Assembly: GCF_001194135.2 (NCBI RefSeq)
Contig: NC_068998.1
Location: 45,396,757 to 45,460,756 of the forward strand
DNA: 64,000 bases
Reading direction: 5' to 3'
Origin: Octopus bimaculoides
Lineage: Eukaryota
Part shown: piece after piece, positions 11,924-24,039 of the stretch
How positions within the stretch are numbered: the stretch's first letter is position 1
How the letters are laid out: each line of letters starts with the position of its first letter
Notes under the pieces: generated by a model
The model's input: only the letters and a program-made list of their open reading frames with translations
Databases searched by the model: none
Told to the model about the DNA's origin: nothing
Position numbers and translations under genes: made by a program

Positions 11924-13469
11924 TAGTATGGTATGAGCATTGAGAAATTTTCATTTTTTCTAGTATAGAGGCTCCTTTCTTATAAAATTTGCTGGAGCGT
12001 GTTTCTGTCTACTTTCATGCCATTTGGGACATGTAGTGTTGGGACTAGGCTGTGTACTTTCACATAGATAAAAAGCCTCTGTCTGATATTCATATCTTTG
12101 GAATTAGCAGTAAATGAGGGAAATTCTATATGGTCACTTAGGCAGAGAGAAAGAAAAGCCAAATCTCCCACAAATCATACACGACTGTCTTAAAAGGTGA
12201 AAAAAATCATGGTTGGAATGCATCATATTATCATAAATCTACTCAATGAAAATTCGCCAAGGGCTAAATTACATCAACTGAGACAACTTTATTAAGTTTT
12301 ATCACATGCCTACACACACACACACACCTTGCAGTCAATAATGAATATTTAATCTGATCCTTAAAACAGTGATTAATTAATTGATTATATGATAGTGATG
12401 CTAGTAATTCCCTAATCATCGTATCAATCATAACTTGACTAAAACCTTGTGCAAACAGAACTTAAATAGCAAAATATAAAGTGATTGCCATTTTAAACTC
12501 AGTTCTTTATAAAAACCTAAAGGATTAAATGCAATTCTTTGATATTTCATTATCACTACTGTTGTCATCATTATTCTTTGATATCTTAAAATATAGAAAA
12601 CATTTTATTTTGAAGTAAAAATTATATGGAATATGAACAACTTTTTTGTCAACTTATATATAGCTCGAGCTTCTTTGCAAATTCTGATACATTCTAATGC
12701 TTGATAATTAAGAATATTTTAAAATCTAGTTTCAATTACATTTTAATAACTATTGTTTTATATTTGTTCAAATATTTATCTAAAATATGATTTCTCTCTG
12801 ATCACTTTCATGTAAATCTTTATATATTGTATCATCATCCAATCTTGTCCAACTTCCAATTTTTCAGATGAAAGACACATTTCTTTTCTGTAAATAGTTT
12901 ATGTAAAGATTTTTTGGTTTGTTTCAAATATTTAATTACATCTTAGTGTTTGATGGATTCCGTTTTATCTAAATCACATCAATAACTTCAAAATAAAAAT
13001 AGATAATCACTGCTAAGATAAGTAGGAAATTACTTTAAACATAATGCTATCATATTTTCAAAGGGATTAATATATTACATATATATTAATATTCAGAAAT
13101 ACACGAGGAGTATTATGTGTTTTATATGTAAACTTGTATGTCTATAAACATATGTCTGGATATAATAGATATATATACATGTGAATATATTTGAAGATGT
13201 AGACACTTATCTGCACTTGAGAAACTTCACATGATGTGAAGCTGTGTCAGCCTTTTAAAAAAATACTTGCTACACCAACTACTGATGTGATGAATGCTAC
13301 TTTTGTTTCATTTTGTTCACCTACATGTGTATATACATATAAACATATTTATATAAACACACACACACACATAAATACACACAAACATAAATATCATCAT
13401 CATTTTAACATCTACTTTTCTGTACTTGCATGGGTCAGAAGAATTTACTGAGGCAAATTATATATATAT

Positions 13470-13681
13470 ACTCTCTTTTACTCTTTTACTTGTTTCAGTC
13501 ATTTGACTGTGGCCATGCTGGAGCACTGCCTTTAGTCAAGCAAATCAACCCCAGGACTTATTCTTTGTAAGCCTAGTACTTATTCTATCGGTTTCTTTTG
13601 CCGAACCGCTAAGTTACAGGGATGTAAACACATCAGCATCGGTTGTCAAGTGATGTTGGGGGGACAAACACAGACACACAA

Positions 13682-13733
<52 letters not shown>

Positions 13734-13774
13734 GAGGGTCTTCTTTCAGTTTCCGTCTACCAAATCCACTCACA
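13470..13774 (-). mobile_element. SINE family A, head missing, abutting the hammerhead motif
   Basis: Tail ctctttactcttttacttgtttcagtcatttgactg.. through caaatccactcaca, after which similarity stops abruptly. Confidence 0.88.
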
Positions 13775-13833
13775 TGGCTTGCCACTGATGAGGCTCAACA
13801 AGGCTAAAATGCATCTGGTATTCACACAAGCCA
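13775..13833 (+). ncRNA. Type I hammerhead ribozyme motif, degenerate (G12A)
   Basis: tggcttg-cca-CTGATGA-ggct/caacaa/ggct-aAAA-tgca-TC-tgg-tattcaca-caagcca. Core CUGAUGA at 13785-13791, stem II, palindromic stem III ATGCAT, AUC triplet, and stem I cca/tgg extended by tggcttg/caagcca. GAAA is mutated to AAAA. Confidence 0.7.
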
Positions 13834-14334
13834 CTACTGGGACGATTATTTCCCCCTCCAGTGTATATTGTACTTCTAAAATCAGCATGGCCGTAAGATG
13901 AAATTTGGATGAATACCATTGTAAATTGCTTTTCAACAATGTATGTCATTATGTATGATACATAGATGGCTATAACCATACACACACACACATATGCTTA
14001 TATAAGTGCATACATATATGTACTAGTACACACATACATATATATACACACATACACACAAACATATATATTGTCACAGTACATTGAAACCATTTCTACA
14101 TATATATACTTGTATTTTCATATTAGACACACACACAAGTATGTTTATATATATATATATATATAAAATTAAACTATTTTTATGTAATACACACACATAT
14201 AATACATTTAAATATTTTAAATGTATACATATGTATATAACAATACATGGAAAACAATACTTATGTATATATGTATACAAGCACATACAAATCATTTTTA
14301 TAAATATATAATTATGTACAAGTTTTATATATAC

Positions 14335-14800
14335 CGGAGTAAGCACATGAAATGTGCAACAAGGTGGAAAAAAGAGTACTCAAATACCAGAGGTAGAATA
14401 ATATGCTTTATTTAAAAGCAGCAGAAATATAACAAAAAAACGTTACTCTGAGTTTCACGTTCCCGTTCATCGGACAGTTTTGTTAGAAATGGAGAAAGGA
14501 TAACAATGCAATCGAAAGTAATATAAAATTTAAAACACATGGATTCGTTTGATTGGTCGTTTCAAATAACGGTCATGGATTGGTCGTTTCAATTAACGGT
14601 CATGGATGCGTAATGCACAGACCAAATAAATTTAATACAGATTCATCCTATTAAAAAAAATATCGAAGAAAACCTTAAATAGAAAAATGGGCTCAAAATA
14701 CATATTGTAAATAATTAATTATATTCGAATTAACGCATTAAAATCAAATCAATAAAATAAAGTATACGCTGCATTCAAAATAAAATAAAATAAAATAAAA
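14335..14800 (-). mobile_element. Probable Penelope-like element terminal-repeat fragment carrying the hammerhead motif
   Basis: CpG-retaining, non-microsatellite block that starts directly after a (TA)n run. Contains the hammerhead motif, a nearby AATAAA on the minus strand (plus tttatt at about 14407-14412) and a short internal tandem duplication at about 14550-14608. Boundaries approximate. Confidence 0.5.
14437..14481 (-). ncRNA. Minimal type I hammerhead ribozyme motif (Penelope-like element type)
   Basis: Minus strand reads aaaactgt-CCGATGA-acg/ggaa/cgt-GAAA-ctcagagt-A-acgtttt. Stem II is 3 bp with a 4-nt loop, stem III is near-palindromic ACTC(A)GAGT, the triplet is GUA, and stem I is 7 bp with one bulge. 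The core has U4C. Confidence 0.72.
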
Positions 14801-17800
14801 TTACAATAGCGTGTACGTATACAAGGCTATCCACAACATATATATCTATATATAAATATATACATCGAAATACACAGTTGCATATGCACAGACATATATG
14901 CAAGTATATGTATTGTATATGTGTATATACATAGATCATTGTTTTCTTCATATCTGGTGTTTTAAGGTACTTTTTTGTTCATGTAAACTAAGCAAATATA
15001 AAACTTATTAATCTCTAAGAACATGCAATTTTGAGCTGAATATTCAGGCTTTTTGCTTTGTATCTATTTTGGCATATAGATTTTTTTTTTCTTTCTTATA
15101 AAGGTCTCTTGAAGGGAACTTGGATTCCAGCCATGTGTGTGTGTGTGTGTGTAATCTTTATTTTACAACCTTTAGAGTAGGATAACTGTTACACATATAA
15201 TCCAAGTAATTGTAGATGTATTTTAAGCATTACCTGAACATTGACAAATGTTATCAGGTCCCAGGTAAGTTGGATGTAGAGCAGTTGTAAGCTAATTATA
15301 GTGGAAGGATTTAATTAAATGTACCTGTGAAAAATTGAAGATCTATTGATTTTCTTTTCTCTTCGAAGAAATCCATGAAATCAAAATGGAGAAAGAACAT
15401 TAAAGAAAAAAACTAAGTAGCCTGCAGTTGGAAAGTAATGGAGCTTGAAATTCAGTGTCATTTACAGAATTTCAATAAATATTCCCCAAGTTTCGTATGA
15501 CACTATTAATAGATTAATGATTTTTATATTAATTTTATAACAACCAGTGTTCTGTTTGAAGAAAGACTTTGCACTGTCATTCAATACATGATCCAGGAAA
15601 ATATAGTTGAAACCACAGCATCTCTTGTGATATAAAAATAGAATGATTCTTGTCGTCGAATCATTTTTCTCGTGTTTCAGTGAAAGAATTTTCTCATTAT
15701 TAATATTGGATAGAACTCAGGCAGCAACTGTGGTTTTCTTTTCTCACTTTCTCTCCTATCAAAGATAATAAATAGGATTTGTCACCTTTCAAGAGGTAAC
15801 ATCTTAAGAAATCCATCAAAATCAAAGCTTGTTCATTCACATTCTATTCCCATGGAGTAATTTAGCATTTGCTTTCTAAAGGATTACAGAAAACTGTGTA
15901 TTTTTAAAGATATTTCTGAATTATTTAAAACATCAAATATACAACGCTGATGTTGATCTTTTGAGTAATTTTAAAGGTACAAATTTGCTAAATGTATTTC
16001 TTAAATCCAAACAAAAATACTTAAATAATGGATGGTACAATTTGGAAATCAGTCCGTAAGTTTTTGCTTTCTGTTTTCTTTAGTTTTATATTTTTTCGTT
16101 TCCAACACAAATTCAGGCTGAAATTTGTATTTTCTTGCATCTATCATTATCTGATGTTAAACAGACCTTAAACAAAATATCTTTATTGAAGTTAGGGAAA
16201 TATTTAATCATATTTGTTGTTCTTCTTGTGTTGTTTTCAAACTATACAATGCCAATACATTCATAATACGGACATGCTTACTTTCATGAGTTTGTTTACT
16301 CTGTTCACCAGTCTTTTTTAACCACTTTTATCAACCTCAGCTTTACTATCAAATTACTTTCATCCTATATATTTAGTTCTATACATCTTTTTATCCATTT
16401 TCATTATTCAACCAAATTAGGTCAATGCCCTCTCACATCAATTTTGATTTTGGTATATCTTTCTCTTTTATTTCTATCAATTTGTTATCTCATATTTGAC
16501 ACTAATATTGTTATGATAATCAAATGATTTAAACATTAGTAATGAAAAAAATCCTTAACTGGAGTTGTTATATTTTCAGTAAGGACTATATTTTTCTGTC
16601 ATTTTCCCCACTAACTACAAAGTATAGTTTCAAAGTAACTGATGATGTTGCAATTTTCTACAGGAATAATTTAACCAAATATTTTTCAGGATTTAAACTG
16701 TTTAATACAAACTCATTTCTGACATTGGAAAGTGATTTTTCATTCACAGTAGGAGTAGAGGTAGGGAATAAGACAATAATATTTTGATAATAAAGTTTTA
16801 TTTAAGGAGAAATAAAGTGAGTGTGCGTGTGTGAGAGAGAGAAAGCAAGAGAGAGCGTGTTTGTGTAAATGTGAGCTTCACATCTTCAGCTCAAAAGCCC
16901 TTTATTAGAATTGTTACAGTAGTAATTTTCAAAGTGTGATTTCACAAGTCCCTGTTTTCTCACCATTACATAATAAATATCCCTTATTGCTCTGCCTTAA
17001 AAATCACTGCTGACAAAAACCTAATCAACAAAATGCAGTATATTGTCTTTCTGAGGGTATGTTTTCCTCACCTTTCTTTTTTTTTATGCTGTTTTGCAAT
17101 TGGATCTCCTCTCTTTCTCTCTCTCTCTCATACTTCCTTCTCTTTCTCCACTTTTGCTCTAAATTCAATGATTTAAAATTTTCTTTTAATGATAGCTATT
17201 ATCATTCTCTAATTACAAGACATTGAATTGTTACTGCAGTTGGTTAGAATTGTGGAGATTGTGGTTTCCTACTTTTATTTCAGCTGTGAGACACTTTCCT
17301 TCTCCATCTCTTATTTATTGTCACCACTGGACGTAGTTATGGGTGGGGAATGGGTCACTCAGCATTAGACTAAGCTCCTAGCACTGAGGACAAAGTGATC
17401 TCCAACAATTCTGAATTTTCAACAGGTGGTACCTTTACTACTTCAGCTTCTAGGTCCTGCTGTTGTTGATGTTTTTAATCAAATCCTCTATCTGAAAGGC
17501 TCCACGTGGCTCTTACTGCCCCAGCTAAAACCTCTAGGCTGTCTGCTTTGCAGTTTAGCTTCTGCTTCCATAACCAGTCATGGCTTAAAAATGGCTTTGT
17601 CGTCTCAAGGGGTTATAAGAACTTGGAAGTTGGAAGTCTGTGCTGACCTCTTCCAACCACATATCAATTCTTATGATCTTCGGAATCTGGACTCGGGTGA
17701 TATACAGTGTCAAAACAAATAACACAAGGCATTTATGGTTTTGCCAATCAGCTACTAATTATAATAACGGTTTCAAATTTAGGCCAACAATTCTAAGGGC

Positions 17801-17823
17801 TGGTGGTGAGTTGATACCATTAA

Positions 17824-18040
17824 CCCTTTAGTATTCAGATTACTCTGTCAAAGATAATATTTATTCAGATTGTTTTGAATTAATCATGCATTATCTCATA
17901 GCTTTGAGATTTCAATAATGTTATTGTATATTTTTAGGATGATATAGTAGGCTAGGTGTGAGAGGCTGGATCTGACTAGTTTGAAATTAAAAAGGGTAAA
18001 ATATTAGGAGCCAGATATGGTTGGTTTAAATGCTAAACGG
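17824..18040 (-). mobile_element. piggyBac-type MITE, same family as 52755-52973, opposite orientation
   Basis: TTAA|CCCTTTAGTATT ... AATGCTAAACGG|TTAA, 217 bp. The interior is the reverse complement of the 52755 copy. Confidence 0.82.
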
Positions 18041-18049
18041 TTAACTCTA

Positions 18050-18150
18050 AAACTAGATTGGCACTTCATTTTATTGACCCTAGAGGGAAGAAAGTCAAAG
18101 TCAACTTCAGTGAGATATGAACTTAGAATATAAAGAGCTAGAACAAACAT
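18050..18150 (-). mobile_element. SINE family B fragment
   Basis: ttttattgaccctagagggaagaaagtcaaagtcaacttcagtgagatatgaacttagaat is a reverse-complement family B core. Confidence 0.65.
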
Positions 18151-19069
18151 ATCAGTCCTGTGCTTTAATGATTCTGATAATAACAGCAACAACAACAACA
18201 ATAATAAATCTAACATGCACAAAATTACACATTTGTGCAGCTGATTAAATCAGCTTTAGTTTATTATTGATACTTATTATTATATTGATCACAGATGCAT
18301 GGAAGACATTTCAAGCTTGGAATAATAATAATGTATTTTATTAATACTATTATTGCTGTTGTTTCTTCATTTATCATGAACAGAAATATTACGAATGCTG
18401 AGGGTTTGGGTGAAAAATGCTCAATAATAAATGATCGTTTCGGTCTTTATATATTGCTATGGTTCACTTTACCTTTCATCAATCACTACAGTCAATAAAA
18501 TAAGTTTATCAACTTCTTCCCTATAAATTTATGTCTTTCCATGAATATTAGAAATCAATATTACCCACTCTTGTAATAGTTATTTTTCTCTCTTGCATCT
18601 GTTGCGATAGATTCATAGAGTGTCCTTTGAGAGAATTTTAGCATTATTACTCCTTACATACATTTACACGTAGGTTTTAACATGAAACATTCCTTACTTT
18701 GAAGGCAAATGAGATCTATAGATTTGGAGCATTAGAATACCAAATTTCAGGAAGAAAAAAAAAAAAAACTTATAAAAATAATATTGATTAACCCTTTTGA
18801 TATCAACCCACCTGAGACCATCCCTAGTTCTATGATTCAAATTCTCTATTTTAAAGTGATCTAAATAAAAAAATTAAAAAAACTTCCATCAAAATTTCAT
18901 GTTAATTTATGTTTCAAATACCAGCTTGAAAATGACAGAGGTGTTTTAATAAATTCTGCATAAACTTTAAAATTAATTGAAACAAAGGAAGTGCATTTCA
19001 ACAGAAATACAGTAATGAAAAGGTTAAAGTAAAAACAAGCATTCTTCAGAAATATATTTTGAATTTTTA

Positions 19070-19263
19070 AGTAAGGTGCAGGCATGGCTGCATGGGAAGA
19101 AGTTTGCTTTCCAACCATATGGCTCCGGGTTCAGCCCAACTGCGTGGCACCTTTGGCCAACCAAAGCTTTGTGAGTGGATTTAATAGATAGAAACTAAAA
19201 GAAGTCCATCATATATGTATATGTGTGGGTGTATGTATATATATATATATATATATCTATGTA

Positions 19264-19298
<35 letters not shown>

Positions 19299-19500
19299 CT
19301 GTGCTTGTCTCCCATCACTGCTTTACAACTGGGGCTGGTGTGTTTACATCCCCATAACTTAGTGGTTCGGCAAAAGAGACCTTTAGAATAAGTATTAGGC
19401 TTTAAAAAAAGTTCTGAGCTTGATTTATTCGACTAAGACCCTTCAAGGCAGTGCTCCAGCATGGCCGTAGTTAAATAACTGAAACAAGTAAAAGAATACA
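19070..19500 (+). mobile_element. SINE family A, full length
   Basis: Head aaggtgcaggcatggctg..ggctccgggttcagcccaactgcgtggc, internal microsatellite, tail gaaacaagtaaaagaat. Confidence 0.85.
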
Positions 19501-19584
19501 AAAATAAAGGAACTGAATTTTTCAAAATCTTGTCAGACATGAACAGAGGTTGAAGAATTCATCTGTAATAGATTGTATATAGTG

Positions 19585-19925
19585 GAGGTACATGGCTCAG
19601 TGGTTAGAACGTTGGGCTCACAATCATGAGATAATGAGTTCAATTCCTGGACTGGACTGTGTGTTGTGTTCTTGAGAAAAACACTTTATTTCACATTGCT
19701 GCTATTCACTCAGCTGTAGAAATGAGCTGCAATGTTACTGGTGCCAAGCTGTACCAGCCTTTGCCTTTTCCTTGGATAACATCAGCAGTGTGGAGCGAGG
19801 AGTTTGGTGTGCATGGGAGACTGCTGGTCTTCCATAAAATAACTTTGCATGGATTTGTGCCTTGGAAGGGAACTTTCTAAGTGCAATCCCATGGTTCATG
19901 ACCAAAGAGGGTCTTTACTCTTTTA
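19585..19925 (+). mobile_element. tRNA-derived SINE family C, ending about 80 nt upstream of the KChIP exon
   Basis: A box tggctcagtgg, B box gagttcaattcc, central tgctattcactcagctgtagaaatgag, tail catgaccaaagagggtctttactc. A second copy lies at 26368-26710. Confidence 0.85.
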
Positions 19926-20006
19926 GATTGCATATATATTTAATACACAATATCAGAATATGTTGCTTTATCCGTCATCTAACCTATTTACTATTTTGTT
20001 TTGCAG

Positions 20007-20131
20007 ATCATGACATCGATGATCTGGAAATGCAAATGGTGCGGTACAAGCCTGAGGGGCTGGATGTACTGTGCCGAAACACAAAGTTTTCCAGGAAAGA
20101 ACTACAGATAATGTACAGGGGATTCAAGCAG
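20007..20131 (+). CDS. KCNIP: KChIP (Kv channel-interacting protein, NCS family) internal coding exon, equivalent to vertebrate KCNIP core exon 2
   Basis: Acceptor ttttgttttgcag| and donor CAG|gtaata. 125 nt, phase 1 to phase 0. Translates (D)HDIDDLEMQMVRYKPEGLDVLCRNTKFSRKELQIMYRGFKQ, matching the KChIP motif DELEM..V..RPEGL..L...TKF..KELQ..YRGFK (recalled, not searched). Confidence 0.95.
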
Positions 20132-20394
20132 GTAATATCTCTTCTTCACCATCTGTCAAAACATACTGTATGTGTTTGCTGATATCATTGGTGGTCTAAT
20201 ATTGTTGAACACATTTTTCTTTCATCTTCATCATAAAATATGTATGCTAGTATATATATATACCTACTGGCATATTTACTCATAAATATTTATATATATA
20301 TAATAATGAGCTTATTGTATACAGTGGTCGGGTGCACAAGTTTATATACATATATGTATGTATTTATGTGAATCTATATCTCTCTAAATATATA

Positions 20395-20428
<34 letters not shown>

Positions 20429-21399
20429 ATTTTAAAACATTAAGAAAACTCTAAAAAATTACAAATGATACAAATTTCAAAACATAAAAAAAGTATTTAA
20501 AAGTTTTTCATTTTTTATATATATTTCTTGATTTAAACATGGAAATAAGTCAAAGCTGAATTGACTTTAAAAAAAACAAAATATTAACAAGGAAAAACAA
20601 AGAAAGAGAATTGTAACATATTGTGACAGAAGGAAACTTGGTATTTTTATGACATCACTTTAATGTTACAATAAACTCACAAGAAATATATCTTTTTGTT
20701 TTTAATTGTATTACCTTAAAAGATTTATATTTTGACAAAATTAAATTAGAGATGATATACATCATGTTGATTTCTCAAATACCGCCATATTTTTATTTTG
20801 CTTGTGTTTTCTTTTTTTTTTCTTTCTTCAAGTGTGACTATACTTTAAACAATAAGAGATAATAACATTGATTAAAATATATCTCTGATGGAATGGAATA
20901 TTTTTACTCATTCAATAATGATTTATTAGATTCCTTTGATGTAGGAACAGAGATTAGTTAATCCACTAGGATCATTTAAACTATGTAACAAACCTTCTGA
21001 ATCTGTCTTTTTGATCCACTAATGAAGGAAGAACAAATGGAAAATCAGTTCATTATGTCTGAGAACAAAGAGAAAAACAAATCCTTCAAACAAGTCTCTT
21101 GTTAACTGGTATTAAATAAGTACAATAACAGAACTAAACAACCAATGAGATGAATGTGTAATCCAAATTCCTATACCAGTTCAAGCTGTATCATTTCACT
21201 TTACACTGGGAAAAACTTAGTGGAGGTTAAATTATATCATCTACTTAACACTTGGAATGTAAGGTCTTGTGCTTATAAATAGAACCTGCACTACATATTA
21301 TAAAATACAGTGATAAGTGATTAATAATTAGAACATTAATGTTTCTGAAGCAATCAACTATTTCCTATGTGTATTAATATTACACAATATGAAGGCAAT

Positions 21400-21790
21400 G
21401 AAAGATGGCTAGCTGGCAGAAACATTAGCACGCCGAGCAAAATGCCTACCTGTATTTCATGTCTTTACATTCTGAGTTCAAATTCCTCCAACATCAACTT
21501 TGCCTTTTATCCTTTATTAAATACCAGTCGCATATTGGGGTCAATCTAATCGATTGCCCCCCCCTCCCCCAAAATTTATGAGCTGGTAGAATCATTAGTA
21601 TGCTGGACAAAATGCTAAGCAGAATTTCGTTCATCTTCACATTCAGAGTTCAAATCTTGCTGAGGTCAACTTTGCCTTTCATCATTTTGGGGTCAATAAA
21701 ATATGTACTAGTTGAGCACTGGGGGTCAATGTAATCAACTTACAGACTCCCTGAAATAGTTGGCCTTGTGCCAAAATTCGAAACCAATGT
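21400..21790 (+). mobile_element. Two tandem SINE family B copies (21400-21575, 21580-21790)
   Basis: Both begin gctggcaga/gctggtaga-aacattag/atcattag and carry gagttcaaat and caactttgcc. Confidence 0.82.
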
Positions 21791-22220
21791 TACACTTAAA
21801 ATGTTTCTCACTTGTAGAATGTCAGAGTGTTGAAATATAATATTTCTAGTTTGTCACCTCAAATGGAACAAGCGTCTATTTATACAATAACCCATGAATA
21901 TATTTAACAAATTTTCCAGCAGTTGTTACAATTTGGTGTTCTTCAGTATTTTTAATTGTTGTAAAATAAGTGTCTGGATGTGGCATTTATTTAGAAGGCT
22001 TTTATCCTCTAAGTTTGCTTTGTAGTAAATTAACAAGTCATACATAGAATGAAATATATTAATAATTGAGATTTCAAATAATTCGTTAATTTTAATTTTA
22101 GATCATATATGTTTTAATGACCTCCATAATTTCTTTTTAATACAGAAGTAAGAAAGCTATTTATCAGAAAGAAAACTATTTTTTATCATCTTGCATGTTT
22201 TCACCATACACAATTAATTA

Positions 22221-22610
22221 TTCAATGGTAATCCATGTAGATAATGGTTGGAAAAATAAGGATGCATGAAAATTGAGAGTTGTGTTAGATTTTAAAAAAT
22301 GAGAAAAGGAGCTAAAAGTTTGTGTTAAGCAGGAAGTGTGGTGTCAAAACAGGAAGTGTGTGTAAGGGGAGACAAATCTCTTTAGTTGGAATTATGAACT
22401 CTTTTTCAACAGGAAGTTTATGTCTGTTGACAAAAAAATCTCCAACTAAAAAAGATTTGTCTCCCCTTACACACACTTCCTGTTTTGACACCACAGTTCC
22501 TGCTTAACACAAACTTTTAGCTCCTTGTCTCTTTTTTGAAACTTAACTCAACTCTCAATTTTCTTGCATCCTTATTTTTCCAACCATTATCTACAGGGAT
22601 TACCATTGAA
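22221..22610. repeat. Long near-perfect inverted repeat (fold-back element or MITE)
   Basis: Arms 22221-22390 and 22441-22610 are reverse complements, roughly 90% identical by eye. The spacer also pairs (tcaacag/ctgttga). Confidence 0.93.
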
Positions 22611-23077
22611 CTTTAAAAGCTCAAAGACAATATAATGTATTGGTATGTTTATTTTTTATATATTATTTTTTTCATTTTTTACTTTTTTGTAAAAGACATT
22701 TTCATTCTCCCTCTTCTTGAAGTCGGTTAGAAATTTATATTAAAATATGCTTTCAGTTTAGCATTCTGCTTCATTATTATTTTTCATTTTCCTATACATA
22801 TATATATATATATTTGTACATGCACATGCACACATATACATACACACATACATATATACATATATGGATAAATATTTAAGTCTGTGTGTGGTGTGGTGTG
22901 TGTGTTTGTGTATGCATGTGTGTGTGTGTTTGTATGTGTTTGTGTGCTGAAATGTGCAGTCCCCTAGCAGGACTGAAAAACTACATTCAATTCTGCCCCT
23001 AGTTAAAAGAACAATCCAGAGATGACATATCTTAAAACCAAGTTGCAGCCATCAGGTGTGTGTGTGTGCATGTATGC

Positions 23078-23124
<47 letters not shown>

Positions 23125-23539
23125 CATATATATGTGTGTGAGTATGCATGTGTTTGTATTGCATTTGATGGCAACGAAGACATAAGGGCATATTAGACAT
23201 GCTCCAATTTCAGCAGCTCATTCAGAAGAAAGTGTTTTTAGTCTGTTAAAGCTTATGGGAGGCCCTACTTCACATATAGGAACTTGAGTGATTTTTTTTT
23301 TTTTTTTGAGCCATTTCATTCACGACATTAAGTAGCTGATAGATAGACCTTCCCCCTAATGCTTACCTTTGTCATTTATATTGTTAAATTGTACATGGTA
23401 AATCTTACCCAAGTGCTTATCTCTGATACTTACATTAATAAGTAGATAACTGATTTTCCCACTGAATAGGATCCTAATCTGTCATATGTAACTTTGCAAA
23501 ATAACCTGGTACATATTATTATAATAATAATTATTATTA

Positions 23540-23850
23540 TTATTATGGCTGGGTTCCAACCTGAGCTACAACAACAAAGTTTACTCGCCACACTTCTCAG
23601 TCCATCATCCCTGCCTCAATATAAGTGTGACGATGTTTACCTCTTCTTACATCACCATGAAGTGGCTTCCACAAGACTAATTTGGATGTCTCCAGTTCAG
23701 GGTAGTGCATGCGGTGACCAGATAGTCGCAGCAGTCTTTGGCTGATCTTCTCACTGACTTTCAGCAGGTCTCCATAAAGGCATTCATTTGTCATATTCAA
23801 AACAGCTAGATGAACTAAGGCAATTCAGAATGAAGTGTTCTGCACTGTTA
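23540..23850 (-). mobile_element. RTE-X-like LINE 3-prime remnant
   Basis: ORF 23597-23800(-) TNECLYGDLLKVSEKISQRLLRLSGHR..PELETSKLVLWKPLHG..RRGK resembles the RTE-X C-terminal TNEELYGDL..VS..I..RRLRLAGH...PEL....VLW.P.HG..RGRP. It ends next to an (ATT)n run. Confidence 0.75.
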
Positions 23851-24039
23851 TTCATATAGTTTAACCTCTATATTGTATATATCACTTCACACAGAAGATT
23901 TTCTCTGCTTAAATATCTATTGACTATCACTGAACACATCAAAGATGTATGAAAAATGTAATATTAAACATTTGTGTTGGATACTTCCTGTGCTTTCTAT
24001 GGCATTTAGGAGTCTAGCAAAATTATAAATAGCAGATTG

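Noticed and set aside
17033-17062. ATG CAG TAT ATT GTC TTT CTG AGG|gtatgt, a strong-looking donor as an alternative first exon
   Set aside because: The ATG is phase 0, so splicing to the phase-1 acceptor at 20007 is out of frame. The phase-1 frame has a stop at 17011 and no ATG. It could only be a UTR exon, which sequence alone cannot support.
17426-17722. 98-aa ORF after an acceptor-like ttttcaacag
   Set aside because: No recognisable domain and a non-ATG start. It probably lies in a degraded repeat.
19862-20182. ORF 19862-20182 as a single 106-aa protein
   Set aside because: Only 20007-20131 is exon. The N-terminal part is SINE C and intron, and the C-terminal part is read-through past the donor.
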